Made by a program: the position numbers and the translations under genes. Below are positions 13,571 through 27,100 of a DNA stretch of 64,000 nucleotides, piece by piece; positions within the stretch are counted from its first letter, which is position 1, and each line of letters starts with the position of its first letter. Where the stretch lies: positions 354,578,001 through 354,642,000 of the forward strand of contig OZ024743.1 in NCBI GenBank assembly GCA_964016885.1, in the 5' to 3' direction. Origin of the DNA: Eledone cirrhosa (Eukaryota). Below the pieces are notes generated by a model. The model made no database searches. It was not told the origin of the DNA and saw only the letters and a list, made by a program, of their open reading frames with translations.

Positions 13571-16500
13571 GTCCTCGTGCTGGTTGTTGTTGGTGGTAGA
13601 GATTGAGGTTTTTGTGATTCTGGTAATGGTGATGCTGATGATTGTACTCATGCTGGTTGTTGTTGGTGGTAGAGATTGAGGTTTTTGTGATACTAATAAT
13701 GGTGATGCTGATGATTGTCCTCATGCTGGTTGTTGTTGGTGGTAGAGATTGAGGTTTTTGTGATTCTGGTAATGGTGATGCTGATGATTGTCCTCATGCT
13801 GGTTGTTGGTGGTGATATAGATTGAGGTTTTTGTGATTCTGGTAGTGGTGATGCTGATGATTGTCCTCATGCTGGTTGTTGTTGGTGGTAGAGATTGAGG
13901 TTTTTGTGATTCTGGTAATGGCGATGCTGATGATTGTCCTCATGCTGGTTGTTGTTGGTGGTAGAGATTGAGGTTTTTGTGATCCTGGTAATGGTGATGC
14001 TGATGATTGTACTGATGCTGGTTGTTGTTGGTGGTAGAGATTGAGGTTTTTGTGCTCCTGGTAATGGTGATGCTGATGATTGTCCTCATGCTGGTTGTTG
14101 TCGGTGGTAGAGATTGAGGTTTTTGTGATTCTAGTAATGGTGATGCTGATGATTGTCCTCATGCTGGTTGTTGTTGGTGGTAGAGATTGAGGTTTTTGTG
14201 ATCCTGGTAATGGTGATGCTGATGATTGTCCTCATGCTGGTTGTTGTTGGTGGTAGAGATTGAGGTTGTGTGATTCTGGTAATGGTGATGCTGATGATCG
14301 TCCTCATGCTGGTTGTTGTTGGTGGTAGAGATTGAGGTTTTTGTGATCCTGGTAATGGTGATGCTGATGATTGTCCTCAAGCTGGTTGTTGTTGGTGGTA
14401 GAGATTGAGGTTTTGAGATTCTGGTAATGGTGATGCTGATGATTGTCCTCATGCCGGTTGTTGTTGGTGGTAGAGATTGAGGTTTTTGTGATCCTGGTAA
14501 TGGTGATGCTGATGATTGTCCTCATGCTGGTTGTTGTTGGTGGTAGAGATTGAGGTTTTTGTGATTCTGGTAATGGTGATGCTGATGATTGTCCTCATGC
14601 TGGTTGTTGTTGGTGATAGAGATTGAGGTTTTTGTGAACCTGGTAATGGTGATGCTGATGATTGTACTGATGCTGGTTGTTTTTGGTGGTAGAGATTGAG
14701 GTTTTTGTGATCCTGGTAATGGTGATGCTGATGATTGTCCTCATGCTGGTTGTTGTTGGTGGTAGAGATTGAGGTTTTTGTGATTCTGGTAATGGTGATG
14801 CTGATGATTGTACTGATGCTGGTTGTTGGTGGTGGTAGAGATTGAGGTTTTTATGATTCTGGTAATGGTGATGCTGATGATTGTACTGATGCTGGTTGTT
14901 GTTGGTGGTAGAGATTGAGGTTTTTGTGATTCTGGTAATGGTGATGCTGATGATTGTCCTCATGCTGGTTGTTGTTGGTGGTAGAGATTGAGGTTTTTGT
15001 GATCCTGGTAATGGTGATGTTGATGATTGTACTGATGCTGGTTGTTGTTGGTGGTAGAGATTGAGGTTCTTGTGATCCTGGTAATGGTGATGCTGATGAT
15101 CGTACTGATGCTGGTTGTTGTTGATGGTAGAGATTGAGGTTTTTGTGATTCTGGTAATGGTGATGCTGATGATTGTCCTCGTGCTGGTTGTTGTTGTTGG
15201 TAGAGATTGAGGTTTTTGTGATTCTGGTAATGGTGATGCTGATGATTGTACTCATGCTGGTTGTTGTTGGTGGTAGAGATTGAGGTTTTTGTGATTCTGG
15301 TAATGGTGATGCTGATGATTGTACTGATGCTGGTTGTTGTTGGTGGTAGAGATTGAGGTTTTTGTGATTCTGGTAATGGTGATGCTGATGATTGTCCTCA
15401 TGCTGGTTGTTGCTGGTAGAGATTGAGGTTTTTGTGATACTGGTAATGGTGATGCTGATGATTGTCCTCATGCTGGTTGTTGTTGGTGGTAGAGATTGAG
15501 GTTATGTGATCCTGGTAATGGTGATGCTGATGATTGTACTGATGCTGGTTGTTGTTGGTGGTAGAGATTGAGGTTTTTGTGATCCTGGTAATGGTGATGC
15601 TGATGATCGTACTGATGCTGGTTGTTGTTGATGGTAGAGATTGAGGTTTTTGTGATTCTGGTAATGGTGATGCTGATGATTGTCCTCGTGCTGGTTGTTG
15701 TTGGTGGTAGAGATTGAGGTTTTTGTGATTCTGGTAATGGTGATGCTGATGATTGTACTCATGCTGGTTGTTGTTGGTGGTAGAGATTGAGGTTTTTGTG
15801 ATACTAATAATGGTGATGCTGATGATTGTCCTCATGCTGGTTGTTGTTGGTGGTAGAGATTGAGGTTTTTGTGATTCTGGTAATGGTGATGCTGATGATT
15901 GTCCTCATGCTGGTTGTTGGTGGTGATATAGATTGAGGTTTTTGTGATTCTGGTAGTGGTGATGCTGATGATTGTCCTCATGCTGGTTGTTGTTGGTGGT
16001 AGAGATTGAGGTTTTTGTGATTCTGGTAATGGCGATGCTGATGATTGTCCTCATGCTGGTTGTTGTTGGTGGTAGAGATTGAGGTTTTTGTGATCCTGGT
16101 AATGGTGATGCTGATGATTGTACTGATGCTGGTTGTTGTTGGTGGTAGAGATTGAGGTTTTTGTGCTCCTGGTAATGGTGATGCTGATGATTGTCCTCAT
16201 GCTGGTTGTTGTCGGTGGTAGAGATTGAGGTTTTTGTGATTCTAGTAATGGTGATGCTGATGATTGTCCTCATGCTGGTTGTTGTTGGTGGTAGAGATTG
16301 AGGTTTTTGTGATCCTGGTAATGGTGATGCTGATGATTGTCCTCATGCTGGTTGTTGTTGGTGGTAGAGATTGAGGTTGTGTGATTCTGGTAATGGTGAT
16401 GCTGATGATCGTCCTCATGCTGGTTGTTGTTGGTGGTAGAGATTGAGGTTTTTGTGATCCTGGTAATGGTGATGCTGATGATTGTCCTCAAGCTGGTTGT

Positions 16501-16880
16501 TGTTGGTGGTAGAGATTGAGGTTTTGAGATTCTGGTAATGGTGATGCTGATGATTGTCCTCATGCCGGTTGTTGTTGGTGGTAGAGATTGAGGTTTTTGT
16601 GATCCTGGTAATGGTGATGCTGATGATTGTCCTCATGCTGGTTGTTGTTGGTGGTAGAGATTGAGGTTTTTGTGATTCTGGTAATGGTGATGCTGATGAT
16701 TGTCCTCATGCTGGTTGTTGTTGGTGATAGAGATTGAGGTTTTTGTGAACCTGGTAATGGTGATGCTGATGATTGTACTGATGCTGGTTGTTTTTGGTGG
16801 TAGAGATTGAGGTTTTTGTGATCCTGGTAATGGTGATGCTGATGATTGTCCTCATGCTGGTTGTTGTTGGTGGTAGAGAT
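12660..16880 (+). repeat. Two tandem copies of a 2111-bp, 29-monomer higher-order repeat
   Basis: ORF pairs 12740/14851, 13287/15398, 13794/15905 and 14159/16270 are offset by 2111 = 29x73-6 (deletions of 3+1+1+1). Private markers GGCGATG, GTGCTCCTG, TCTAGTA, CATGCCGG and GTGAACCTG each occur twice. Confidence 0.92.
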
Positions 16881-19800
16881 TGAGGTTTTTGTGATCCTGG
16901 TAATGGTGATGCTGATGATTGTACTGATGCTGGTTGTTGTTGGTGATAGAGATTGAGGTTTTTGTGATTCTGGTAATGGTGATGCTGATGATTGTACTGA
17001 TGCTGGTTGTTGTTGGTGGTAGAGATTGAGGTTTTTGTGATACTGGTAATGGTGATGCTGATGATTGTACTGATGCTGGTTGTTGTTGGTGGTAGAGATT
17101 GAGGTTTTTGTGATTCTGGTAATGGTGATGCTGATGATTGTCCTCATGCTGGTTGTTGTTGGTGGTAGAGATTGAGGTTTTTGTGATCCTGGTAATGGTG
17201 ATGCTGATGATTGTACTGATGCTGGTTGTTGTTGATGGTAGAGATTGAGGTTTTTGTGATTCTGGTAATGGTGATGCTGATGATTGTCCTCGTGCTGGTT
17301 GTTGTTGGTGGTAGAGATTGAGGTTTTTGTGATACTAATAATGGTGATGCTGATGATTGTCCTCATGCTGGTTGTTGTTGGTGGTAGAGATTGAGGTTTT
17401 TGTGATTCTGGTAATGGTGATGCTGATGATTGTCCTCATCCTGTTTGTTGGTGGTGATAGAGATTGAGGTTTTATGTGATTCTGGTAGTGGTGATGCTGA
17501 TGATTGTCCTCATGCTGGTTGTTGTTGGTGGTAGAGATTGAGGTTTTTGTGATTCTGGTAATGGTGATGCTGATGATTGTCCTCATGCTGGTTGTTGTTG
17601 GTGGTAGAGATTGAGGTTTTTGTGATTCTGGTAATGGTGAGGCTGATGATTGTCCTCATGCTGGTTGTTGTTGGTGGTAGAGATTGAGGTTTTTGTGATT
17701 CTGGTAATGGTGATGCTGATGATTGTACTGATGCTGGTTGTTGTTGGTGGTAGAGATTGAGGATTTGTGATTCTGGTAATGGTGATGCTGATGATTGTCT
17801 TCATGCAGGTTGTTGTTGGTGATAGAGATTGAGGTCTTTGTGATTCGGGTAATGGTTATGCTGATGATTCTCCTCATGCTGGTTGTTGTTGGTGGTAGAA
17901 ATTGAGGTTTTTGTGTTTCTGGTAATGGTGATGCTGATTATAGTCTTCATGCTGGTTGTTGTTGGTGGTAGATATTGAGGTTTTTGTGAATCTTGTAATG
18001 GTGATGCTGATGATTGTCCTCATGCTGTTTGTTGTTGGTGGTTGAGATTGAGGTTTTTGTGTTTCTGGTAATGGTGATGCTGATGATTGTCTTCATGCTG
18101 GTTGTCATTGGTGGTAGAGATTGAGGTTTTTGTGATTCTTGTAATGGTGATGCTGATGATTGTCCTCATGCTGGTTGTTGTTGGTGGTAGAGATTGAGGT
18201 TTTTTGTGGTTCTGGTAATGGTGATGCTGATGATTGTGCTTATGGTGGTTGTTGTTGGTGGTAGAGATTGAGGTTTTTTGTGGTTCTGGTAATGGTGATG
18301 CGGATGATTGTCCTCATGCTGGTTGTTGTTGGTGGTATAGATTGAGGTTTTTGTGATTCTGGTAATGGTGATACTGATGATTGTCCTCATGCTGGTTGTT
18401 GTTGGTGGTAGAGATTTAGGTTTTTTGTGGTTCTGGTAATGGTGATGCTGATGATTGTCCTCATGCTGGTTGTTGTTGGTGGTAGAGATTGAGGTTTTTG
18501 TGATTCTGGTAATGGTGATGCTGATGATTGTCCTCATGCTGGTTGTTGCTGGTGGTAGGGATTGAGGTTTTTGTGATTCTGGTAATGGTGATGCTGATGA
18601 TTGTCCTCATGCTGGTTGTTGTTGGTGGTAGAGATTGAGGTTTTTGTTATTCTGGTAATGGTGATGCTGATGATTGTCCTCATGCTGGTTGTTGTTGGTG
18701 GTAGAGATTGAGGTTTTTGTGATTCTGGTAATGGTGATGCTGATGATTGTCCTCATGCTGGTTGTTGGTGGTGGTAGAGATTGAGGTTTTTGTGATTCTG
18801 GTAATGGTGATGCTGATGATTGTCCTCATGCTGGTTGTTGTTGGTGGTAGAGATTGAGGTTTTTATGATTCTGGTAATGGTGATGCGGATGATTGTCCTC
18901 ATGCTGGTTGTTGTTGGTGGTAGAGATTGAGGTGTTTGTGATTCTGGTAATGGTGATACTGATGATTGTCCTCATGCTGGTTGTTGTTGGTGGTAGAGAT
19001 TTAGGTTTTTATGATTCTGGTAATGGTGATGCTGATGATTGTCCTCATGCTGGTTGTTGTTGATGGTAGAGATTGAGGTTTTTGTGATTCTGGTAATGGT
19101 GATGCTGATGATTGTCCTCATGCTGGTTGTTGTTGGTGGTAGAGATTGAGGTTTTTGTGATTCTGGTAATGGTGATGCTGATGATTGTCCTCATGCTGGT
19201 TGTTGTTGGTGGTAGAGATTAAGGTCTTTGTGATTCTGGTAATGGTGATGCTGATGATTGTCCTCATGCTGGTTGTTGTTGGTGGTAGAGATTGAGGTTT
19301 TTGTGATACTGGTAATGGTGATGCTGATGATTTTCCTCATGCTGGTTGTTGTTGGTGGTAGAGATCGAGGTTTTTGTAATTCTGGTAATGGTGATGCTGA
19401 TGATTGTCCTCATGCTGGTTGTTGTTGGTGGTACAGATTGAGATTTTTGTGATTCTGGTAATGGTGAATCTGATGATTGTCCTCAAGCTGGTTGTTGTTG
19501 GTGGTAGAGATTGAGGTTTTTGTAATTCTGGTAATGGTAATGCTGATGATTGTCCTCATGCTGGTTGTTGTTGGTGGTAGAGATTGAGGTTTTTGTGATT
19601 CTTGTAATGGTGATGCTGATGATTGTCCTCATGCTGGTTGTTGTTGGTGGTAGAGATTGAGGTTTTTGTGATTCTGGTAATGGTGATGCTGATGATTGTA
19701 CTGATGCTGGTTGTTGTTGGTGGTAGAGATTGAGGATTTGTGATTCTGGTAATGGTGATGCTGATGATTGTCTTCATGCAGGTTGTTGTTGGTGATAGAG

Positions 19801-22549
19801 ATTGAGGTCTTTGTGATTCGGGTAATGGTTATGCTGATGATTCTCCTCATGCTGGTTGTTGTTGGTGGTAGAAATTGAGGTTTTTGTGTTTCTGGTAATG
19901 GTGATGCTGATGATAGTCTTCATGCTGGTTGTTGTTGGTGGTAGAGATTGAGGTTTTTGTGAATCTTGTAATGGTGATGCTGATGATTGTCCTCATGCTG
20001 TTTGTTGTTGGTGGTTGAGATTGAGGTTTTTGTGTTTCTGGTAATGGTGATGCTGATGATTGTCCTCATGCTGGTTGTTGTTGGTGGTAGAGATTGAGGT
20101 TTTTTGTGGTTCTGGTAATGGTGATGCTGATGATTGTGCTTATGGTGGTTGTTGTTGGTGGTAGAGATTGAAGTTTTTTGTGGTTCTGGTAATGGTGATG
20201 CTGATGATTGTGCTCATGGTGGTTGTTGTTGGTGGTAGAGATTGAGGTTTTTGTGATTCTGGTAATGGTGATTCTGATGATTGTCTTCATGCTGGTTGTT
20301 GTTGGTGGTAGAGATTGAGGTTTTTTGTGGTTCTGGTAATGGTGATGCTGATGATTGTCCTCATGCTGGTTGTTGTTGGTGGTAGAGATTGAGGTTTTTG
20401 TGATTCTGGTAATGGTGATGCTGATGATTGTCCTCATGCTGGTTGTTGCTGGTGGTAGAGATTGAGGTTTTTGTGATTCTGGTAATGGTGATGCTGATGA
20501 TTGTCCTCATGCTGGTTGTTGGTGGTGGTAGAGATTGAGGTTTTTGTGATTCTGGTAATGGTGATGCTGATGATTGTCCTCATGCTGGTTGTTGTTGGTG
20601 GTAGAGACTGAGGTTTTTATGATTCTGGTAATGGTGATGCGGATGATTGTCCTCATGCTGGTTGTTGTTGGTGGTAGAGATTGAGGTTTTTGTGATTCTG
20701 GTAATGGTGATGCTGATGATTGTCCTCATGCTGGTTGTTGTTGGTGGTAGAGATTTAGGTTTTTATGATTCTGGTAATGGTGATGCTGATGATTGTCCTC
20801 ATGCTGGTTGTTGTTGGTGGTAGAGATTGAGGTTTTTGTGATTCTGGTAATGGTGATGCTGATGATTGTCCTCATGCTGGTTGTTGTTGGTGGTAGAGAT
20901 TGAGGTTTTTGTGATTCTGGTAATGGTGATGCTGATGATTGTCCTCATGCTGGTTGTTGTTGGTGGTAGAGATTAAGGTCTTTGTGATTCTGGTAATGGT
21001 GATGCTGATGATTGTCCTCATGCTGGTTGTTGTTGGTGGTAGAGATTGAGGTTTTTGTGATACTGGTAATGGTGATGCTGATGATTGTCCTCATGCTGGT
21101 TGTTGTTGGTGGTAGAGATTGAGGTTTTTGTAATTCTGGTAATGGTGATACTGATGATTGTCCTCATGCTGGTTGTTGTTGGTGGTAGAGATTGAGATTT
21201 TTGTGATTCTGGTAATGGTGAATCTGATGATTGTCCTCAGGCTGGTTGTTGTTGGTGGTAGAGATTGAGGTTTTTGTAATTCTGGTAATGGTGATGCTGA
21301 TGATTGTCCTCATGCTGGTTGTTGTTGGTGGTAGAGATTGAGGTTTTTGTAATTCTGGTAATGGTGATGCTGATGATTGTCCTCATGCTGGTTGTTGTTG
21401 GTGGTAGAGATTGAGGTTTTTGTGATTCTTGTAATGGTGATGCTGATGATTGTCCTCATGCTGGTTGTTGTTGGTGGTAGAATTGAGGTTTTTTGTGGTT
21501 CTGGTAATGGTGATGCTGATGATTGTGCTTATGGTGGTTGTTGTTGGTGGTAGAGATTGAGGTTTTTTGTGGTTCTGGTAATGGTGATGCTGATGATTGT
21601 GCTCATGGTGGTTGTTGTTGGTGGTAGAGATTGAGGTTTTTGTGATTCTGGTAATGGTGATTCTGATGATTGTCTTCATGCTGGTTGTTGTTGGTGGTAG
21701 AGATTGAGGTTTTTTGTGGTTCTGGTAATGGTGATGCTGATGATTGTACTGATGCTGGTTGTTTTTGGTGGTAGAGATTGAGGTTTTTGTGATCCTGGTA
21801 ATGGTGATGCTGATGATTGTACTGATGCTGGTTGTTTTTGGTGGTAGAGATTGAGGTTTTTGTGATCCTGGTAATGGTGATGCTGATGATTGTCCTCATG
21901 CTGGTTGTTGTTGGTGGTAGAGATTGAGGTTTTTGTGATACTGGTAATGGTGATGCTGATGATTGTACTGATGCTGGTTGTTGTTGGTGGTAGAGATTGA
22001 GGTTTTTGTGATTCTGGTAATGGTGATGCTGATGATTGTCCTCATGCTGGTTGTTGTTGGTGGTAGAGATTGAGGTTTTTGTGATTCTGGTAATGGTGAT
22101 GCTGATGATTGTCCTCATGCTGGTTGTTGTTGGTGGTAGAGATTGAGGTTTTTGTGATCCTGGTAATGGTGATGCTGATGATTGTACTGATGCTGGTTGT
22201 TGTTGATGGTAGAGATTGAGGTTTTTGTGATTCTGGTAATGGTGATGCTGATGATTGTCCTCGTGCTGGTTGTTGTTGGTGGTAGAGATTGAGGTTTTTG
22301 TGATTCTGGTAATGGTGATGCTGATGATTGTCCTCATGCTGGTTGTTGTTGGTGGTAGAGATTGAGGTTTTTGTGATTCTGGTAATGGTGATGCTGATGA
22401 TTGTACTGATGCTGGTTGTTGTTGGTGGTAGAGATTGAGGATTTGTGATTCTGGTAATGGTGATGCTGATGATTGTCTTCATGCAGGTTGTTGTTGGTGA
22501 TAGAGATTGTGGTTTTTGTGTTTTTGGTAATGGTGATGCTGATGATTGT

Positions 22550-24150
22550 CTTCATGCTGGTTGTCATTGGTGGTAGAGATTGAGGTTTTTGTGATTCTTG
22601 TAATGGTGATGCTGATGATTGTCCTCATGCTGGTTGTTGTTGGTGGTAGAGATTGAGGTTTTTTGTGGTTCTGGTAATGGTGATGCTGATGATTGTGCTC
22701 ATGGTGGTTGTTGTTGGTGGTAGAGATTGAGGTTTTTGTGATTCTGGTAATGGTGATTCTGATGATTGTCTTCATGCTGGTTGTTGTTGGTGGTAGAGAT
22801 TGAGGTTTTTTGTGGTTCTGGTAATGGTGATGCTGATGATTGTCCTCATGCTGGTTGTTGTTGGTGGTAGAGATTGAGGTTTTTGTGATTCTGGTAATGG
22901 TGATGCTGATGATTGTCCTCATGCTGGTTGTTGCTGGTGGTAAGGATTGAGGTTTTTGTGATTCTGGTAATGGTGATGCTGATGATTGTCCTCATGCTGG
23001 TTGTTGTTGGTGGTAGAGATTGAGGTTTTTGTGATTCTGGTAATGGTGATGCTGATGATTGTCCTCATGCTGGTTGTTGTTGGTGGTAGAGATTGAGGTT
23101 TTTGTGATTCTGGTAATGGTGATGCTGATGATTGTCCTCATGCTGGTTGTTGGTGGTGGTAGAGATTGAGGTTTTTGTGATTCTGGTAATGGTGATGCTG
23201 ATGATTGTCCTCATGCTGGTTGTTGTTGGTGGTAGAGATTGAGGTTTTTATGATTCTGGTAATGGTGATGCGGATGATTGTCCTCATGCTGGTTGTTGTT
23301 GGTGGTAGAGATTGAGGTTTTTGTGATTCTGGTAATGGTGATACTGATGATTGTCCTCATGCTGGTTGTCATTGGTGGTAGAGATTGAGGTTTTTGTGAT
23401 TCTTGTAATGGTGATGCTGATGATTGTCCTCATGCTGGTTGTTGTTGGTGGTAGAGATTGAGGTTTTTTGTGGTTCTGGTAATGGTGATGCTGATGATTG
23501 TGCTCATGGTGGTTGTTGTTGGTGGTAGAGATTGAGGTTTTTGTGATTCTGGTAATGGTGATTCTGATGATTGTCTTCATGCTGGTTGTTGTTGGTGGTA
23601 GAGATTGAGGTTTTTTGTGGTTCTGGTAATGGTGATGCTGATGATTGTCCTCATGCTGGTTGTTGTTGGTGGTAGAGATTGAGGTTTTTGTGATTCTGGT
23701 AATGGTGATGCTGATGATTGTCCTCATGCTGGTTGTTGCTGGTGGTAAGGATTGAGGTTTTTGTGATTCTGGTAATGGTGATGCTGATGATTGTCCTCAT
23801 GCTGGTTGTTGTTGGTGGTAGAGATTGAGGTTTTTGTGATTCTGGTAATGGTGATGCTGATGATTGTCCTCATGCTGGTTGTTGTTGGTGGTAGAGATTG
23901 AGGTTTTTGTGATTCTGGTAATGGTGATGCTGATGATTGTCCTCATGCTGGTTGTTGGTGGTGGTAGAGATTGAGGTTTTTGTGATTCTGGTAATGGTGA
24001 TGCTGATGATTGTCCTCATGCTGGTTGTTGTTGGTGGTAGAGATTGAGGTTTTTATGATTCTGGTAATGGTGATGCGGATGATTGTCCTCATGCTGGTTG
24101 TTGTTGGTGGTAGAGATTGAGGTTTTTGTGATTCTGGTAATGGTGATACT
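22550..24150 (+). repeat. Tandem duplication of an 11-monomer (805-bp) block
   Basis: The GGTAAGGATTG marker occurs near 22941 and 23747. ORFs 22479..22922 and 23284..23727 are offset by 805 = 11x73+2. Confidence 0.8.
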
Positions 24151-27100
24151 GATGATTGTCCTCATGCTGGTTGTTGTTGGTGGTAGAGATTTAGGTTTTT
24201 ATGATTCTGGTAATGGTGATGCTGATGATTGTCCTCATGCTGGTTGTTGTTGGTGGTAGAGATTGAGGTTTTTGTGATTCTGGTAATGGTGATGCTGATG
24301 ATTGTCCTCATGCTGGTTGTTGTTGGTGGTAGAGATTGAGGTTTTTGTGATTCTGGTAATGGTGATGCTGATGATTGTCCTCATGCTGGTTGTTGTTGGT
24401 GGTAGAGATTAAGGTCTTTGTGATTCTGGTAATGGTGATGCTGATGATTGTCCTCATGCTGGTTGTTGTTGGTGGTAGAGATTGAGGTTTTTGTGATACT
24501 GATAATGGTGATGCTGATGATTGTCCTCATGCTGGTTGTTGTTGGTGGTAGAGATTGAGGTTTTTGTAATTCTGGTAATGGTGATGCTGATGATTGTCCT
24601 CATGCTGGTTGTTGTTGGTGGTAGAGATTGAGATTTTTGTGATTCTGGTAATGGTGAATCTGATGATTGTCCTCATGCTGGTTGTTGTTGGTGGTAGAGA
24701 TTGAGGTTTTTGTGATTCTGGTAATGGTGATGCTGATGATTGTACTGATGCTGGTTGTTGTTGGTGGTAGAGATTGAGGATTTGTGATTCTGGTAATGGT
24801 AATGCTGATGATTGTCTTCATGCAGGTTGTTGTTGGTGATAAAGATTGAGGTTTTTTGTGGTTCTGGTAATGGTGATGCTGATGATTGTGCTCATGGTGG
24901 TTGTTGTTGGTGGTAGAGATTGAGGTTTTTGTGATTCTGGTAATGGTGATTCTGATGATTGTCTTCATGCTGGTTGTTGTTGGTGGTAGAGATTGAGGTT
25001 TTTTGTGGTTCTGGTAATGGTGATGCTGATGATTGTACTGATGCTGGTTGTTTTTGGTGGTAGAGATTGAGGTTTTTGTGATCCTGGTAATGGTGATGCT
25101 GATGATTGTACTGATGCTGGTTGTTTTTGGTGGTAGAGATTGAGGTTTTTGTGATCCTGGTAATGGTGATGCTGATGATTGTCCTCATGCTGGTTGTTGT
25201 TGGTGGTAGAGATTGAGGTTTTTGTGATCCTGGTAATGGTGATGCTGATGATTGTACTGATGCTGGTTGTTGTTGGTCATAGAGATTGAGGTTTTTGTGA
25301 TTCTGGTAATGGTGATGCTGATGATTGTACTGATGCTGGTTGTTGTTGGTGGTAGAGATTGAGGTTTTTGTGATACTGGTAATGGTGATGCTGATGATTG
25401 TACTGATGCTGGTTGTTGTTGGTGGTAGAGATTGAGGTTTTTGTGATTCTGGTAATGGTGATGCTGATGATTGTCCTCATGCTGGTTGTTGTTGGTGGTA
25501 GAGATTGAGGTTTTTGTGATTCTGGTAATGGTGATGCTGATGATTGTCCTCATGCTGGTTGTTGTTGGTTGTAGAGATTGAGGTTTTTGTGATCCTGGTA
25601 ATGGTGATGCTGATGATTGTACTGATGCTGGTTGTTGTTGATGGTAGAGATTGAGGTTTTTGTGATTCTGGTAATGGTGATGCTGATGATTGTCCTCGTG
25701 CTGGTTGTTGTTGGTGGTAGAGATTGAGGTTTTTGTGATTCTGGTAATGGTGATGCTGATGATTGTACTCATGCTGGTTGTTGTTGGTGGTAGAGATTGA
25801 GGTTTTTGTGATACTAATAATGGTGATGCTGATGATTGTCCTCATGCTGGTTGTTGTTGGTGGTAGAGATTGAGATTTTTGTGATTCTGGTAATGGTGAT
25901 GCTGATGATTGTCCTCATGCTGTTTGTTGGTGGTGATAGAGATTGAGGTTTTTGTGATTCTGGTAGTGGTGATGCTGATGATTGTCCTCATGCTGGTTGT
26001 TGTTGGTGGTAGAGATTGAGGATTTTGTGATTCTGGTAATGGTGATGCTGATGATTGTCCTCATGCTGGTTGTTGTTGGTGGTAGAGATTGAGGTTTTTG
26101 TGATTCTGGTAATGGTGATGCTGATGATTGTCCTCATGCTGGTTGTTGTTGGTGGTAGAGATTGAGGTTTTTGTGATTCTGGTAATGGTGATGCTGATGA
26201 TTGTACTGATGCTGGTTGTTGTTGGTGGTAGAGATTGAGGATTTGTGATTCTGGTAATGGTGATGCTGATGATTGTCTTCATGCAGGTTGTTGTTGGTGA
26301 TAGAGATTGAGGTCTTTGTGATTCGGGTAATGGTTATGCTGATGATTCTCCTCATGCTGGTTGTTGTTGGTGGTAGAAATTGAGGTTTTTGTGTTTCTGG
26401 TAATGGTGATGCTGATGATAGTCTTCATGCTGGTTGTTGTTGGTGGTAGAGATTGAGGTTTTTGTGAATCTTGTAATGGTGATGCTGATGATTGTCCTCA
26501 TGCTGTTTGTTGTTGGTGGTTGAGATTGAGGTTTTTGTGTTTCTGGTAATGGTGATGCTGATGATTGTCTTCATGCTGGTTGTCATTGGTGGTAGAGATT
26601 GAGGTTTTTGTGATTCTTGTAATGGTGATGCTGATGATTGTCCTCATGCTGGTTGTTGTTGGTGGTAGAGATTGAGGTTTTTTGTGGTTCTGGTAATGGT
26701 GATGCTGATGATTGTGCTTATGGTGGTTGTTGTTGGTGGTAGAGATTGAGGTTTTTTGTGGTTCTGGTAATGGTGATGCTGATGATTGTGCTCATGGTGG
26801 TTGTTGTTGGTGGTAGAGATTGAGGTTTTTGTGATTCTGGTAATGGTGATTCTGATGATTGTCTTCATGCTGGTTGTTGTTGGTGGTAGAGATTGAGGTT
26901 TTTTGTGGTTCTGGTAATGGTGATGCTGATGATTGTCCTCATGCTGGTTGTTGTTGGTGGTAGAGATTGAGGTTTTTATGATTCTGGTAATGGTGATGCG
27001 GATGATTGTCCTCATGCTGGTTGTTGTTGGTGGTAGAGATTGAGGTTTTTATGATTCTGGTAATGGTGATGCGGATGATTGTCCTCATGCTGGTTGTTGT

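Noticed and set aside
19258-19452. Plus-strand 64-aa hydrophobic/Cys-Trp ORF resembling a signal peptide or membrane protein
   Set aside because: It starts at TTG and arises from two point variants (GATCGAGG, GTACAGA) removing stops in the repeat. The hydrophobicity reflects G/T-rich codons.
270-25600. GATC and CCTGG (Dam/Dcm-like) sites created by the GATCCTGG variant
   Set aside because: One T-to-C variant creates both, and nothing indicates a bacterial context. They are useful only as restriction markers.
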